From: a virus
Lineage: Duplodnaviria > Caudoviricetes
Strand: one strand, 5' to 3'
Virus record (IMG/VR): IMGVR_UViG_3300020045_001513
Location: 1-26,652 of that record
DNA: 26,652 nucleotides
Shown: in pieces, positions 25,290 to 26,652 of the stretch
Numbering within the stretch: the first letter of the stretch is position 1
Layout: every line of letters begins with the position of its first letter
Notes under the pieces: generated by a model
Databases searched by the model: none
The model's input: the letters and a program-made list of their open reading frames with translations, nothing else
Told to the model about the DNA's origin: nothing
Position numbers and translations under genes: made by a program

Positions 25290-25640
25290 ATGTTAATATT
25301 ACCATGGTTTGATGCAGCGTTAATGCCGAATAGGAAAAACGGCAGACATTGGAGGGCAACTCTAGATATTAAAGCGAACTACAAACTGGCGTGTAAGTTG
25401 ATAGCTGATAATGGTGAAAAGCCAAGCCTTGTCGGCAAAATACCCTTAACTGTACTTTTTGCGCCGCCAGATAGACGTCCAAGGGATATAGATAACATGC
25501 TGGCAGCCATTAAGCCACTCATAGACGGTGTGGCAATATCTTGGGGTATAGATGATCGAATGTTTAGACCGATGCTGCTAGATGATCTAGAACCCGTTAA
25601 AAACGGAGCAATTTTATTAACATGGAAACAGGAAAAATGA
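25290..25640 (+). CDS. rusA: RusA-like Holliday junction resolvase
   Basis: LPW....L.PN, F.PPDRRPRDIDNML..IKPLIDG......IDD..F catalytic motif. Confidence 0.85.
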   Translation: MLILPWFDAALMPNRKNGRHWRATLDIKANYKLACKLIADNGEKPSLVGKIPLTVLFAPPDRRPRDIDNMLAAIKPLIDGVAISWGIDDRMFRPMLLDDLEPVKNGAILLTWKQEK

Positions 25641-25849
25641 AGACGAAAGAATGGAAGCCACCAATCTTTTACTGGCCTTTGGCGTTCTGTTGCTGCGATA
25701 AACGCTTAAGATTTGTTAAATGGCGGAGAAAGAATACCCAGTATGTAGAAGATCGGAGTAATTGGGTTAAATCTTGCCCTGATTGTTTCGATGAAATTGT
25801 TTCATATTATGAAGAAAGATGGAGAGATTATTACAATGACTGCATGTAA
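25637..25849 (+). CDS. Hypothetical Cys-containing protein
   Basis: Start moved to ATG 25637 (ATGA overlap); CCC...CPDC. Confidence 0.55.
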   Translation: MKTKEWKPPIFYWPLAFCCCDKRLRFVKWRRKNTQYVEDRSNWVKSCPDCFDEIVSYYEERWRDYYNDCM

Positions 25850-25850
25850 A

Positions 25851-26039
25851 ATGACCCAAGACAAAATGAACCTAAAACAAATCCGAACAACAAAGAACCA
25901 AACGCAACTCGCCACGGCGCAAGCGTTGGGGGTGTGCTTGAACACTTACAAGAACTGGGAAACTGGCAAGATTGAATTGAAGGGCTACAAGCTGGCTGCG
26001 GTGGTTCGGGTTTTGAATGGGATGAAGGTGCGGAGATGA
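25851..26039 (+). CDS. XRE/Cro-like HTH transcriptional regulator
   Basis: LKQIR....TQ..TAQALGV...TYKNWETGK. Start at 25851 or 25866; no peptidase domain. Confidence 0.82.
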   Translation: MTQDKMNLKQIRTTKNQTQLATAQALGVCLNTYKNWETGKIELKGYKLAAVVRVLNGMKVRR

Positions 26040-26227
26040 TAACGGAATACGATAGCCATACCCTTAACTATTTTTGGAAAGAAGGGGGCGATGTAAAAAG
26101 ATGGATTGGGTGGGAAGATTTTAAAAAAAGAAACCCAAACGAAGCGTTTATGATAGAAATTCGCTTAACGAATATTGAAACAGCTAATAACAATCTCACA
26201 GAGTATTTAGAAACTTTAGGTGAATAA
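26036..26227 (+). CDS. Hypothetical protein
   Basis: 63 aa, ATGA overlap with the upstream gene. Confidence 0.6.
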   Translation: MITEYDSHTLNYFWKEGGDVKRWIGWEDFKKRNPNEAFMIEIRLTNIETANNNLTEYLETLGE

Positions 26228-26228
26228 A

Positions 26229-26387
26229 ATGACCACCCAAGACGCAATCAACCTCATAAAAGACCGCCCAGACTGCAAACGGGCGCATGAAATTATCAAC
26301 ACGGCATATGCGGCATTTATCCTGAAATGCGAAGTTGCCAGTAAATCGCCGTTAAATTTAAAATATATCAAAGATTCTTCAAAATAG
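26229..26387 (+). CDS. 52-aa hypothetical protein (not in ORF track)
   Basis: MTTQDAINLIKDRPDCKRAHEIINTAYAAFILKCEVASKSPLNLKYIKDSSK; AGGTG RBS. Confidence 0.5.
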   Translation: MTTQDAINLIKDRPDCKRAHEIINTAYAAFILKCEVASKSPLNLKYIKDSSK

Positions 26388-26390
26388 ATG

Positions 26391-26448
26391 TTGACGCATG
26401 GGCAATTGTTGGCTATTGTTATCTTGTGAACAACAAAGGAGATAAACA
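26391..26448 (+). promoter_or_regulatory. Promoter and RBS cassette, copy B
   Basis: TTGACG, 17 bp, TATTGT (26414-26419), then TGTGAACAACAAAGGAG. Confidence 0.75.
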
Positions 26449-26652
26449 ATGGACTTCCTCGAAACAATCACCCAGAAAACAGAAGCTGCAAAACAAGTTT
26501 CGGTAATTGCGCAAACGATGCGGTATAACGAAAACGTGGAGATTTTGACGGATGCTATTATTACGTTGAAACAGGTTGTAGGTGAGTATCTGCCACCTTT
26601 GCATGAATGTGATGAAGATGGGGATGATTACGAGACGCACATGCGTTGGGAA
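26449..26652 (+). CDS. Hypothetical protein (partial; not in ORF track)
   Basis: MDFLETITQKTEAAKQVSVIAQTMRYNENVEIL... open to the window end; AAAGGAG RBS. Confidence 0.7.
   Translation, partial: MDFLETITQKTEAAKQVSVIAQTMRYNENVEILTDAIITLKQVVGEYLPPLHECDEDGDDYETHMRWE

Overview
About 26.6 kb of a tailed-phage (or prophage) genome with a P22-like podovirus virion module and a Gram-negative-type lysis cassette. The minus strand (23427 to 1) runs in this order: small leader gene, lambda-O-like initiator containing iterons, separate zinc-finger ORF, T7/Twinkle-type primase-helicase, small hypothetical genes, TerS, TerL, portal, scaffold, coat, decoration protein, gp4/gp10-like tail parts, GNAT-like protein, three ejection proteins, Gly-rich fibre, accessory fibre/spike genes and lysis genes. 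The plus strand (23645 to the end) carries ERF, SSB-like, DUF968/HNH-like, NinB, RusA, an XRE-HTH gene and small ORFs. No integrase, tRNA, CRISPR array or reverse transcriptase is visible. The main observations are: (1) the divergent early control region has no cI/cro pair but does have a predicted three-way-junction leader RNA with a U-tract and a loop complementary to a duplicated ribosome-binding site; (2) the primase zinc domain is in a separate frame; (3) TerL has a 1-nt frameshift inside Walker A; (4) an ejection protein carries a C-terminal peptidase S74 chaperone domain; (5) a promoter-RBS cassette is duplicated. All functional calls come from motif recognition and gene order by eye; no database search or folding program was run.
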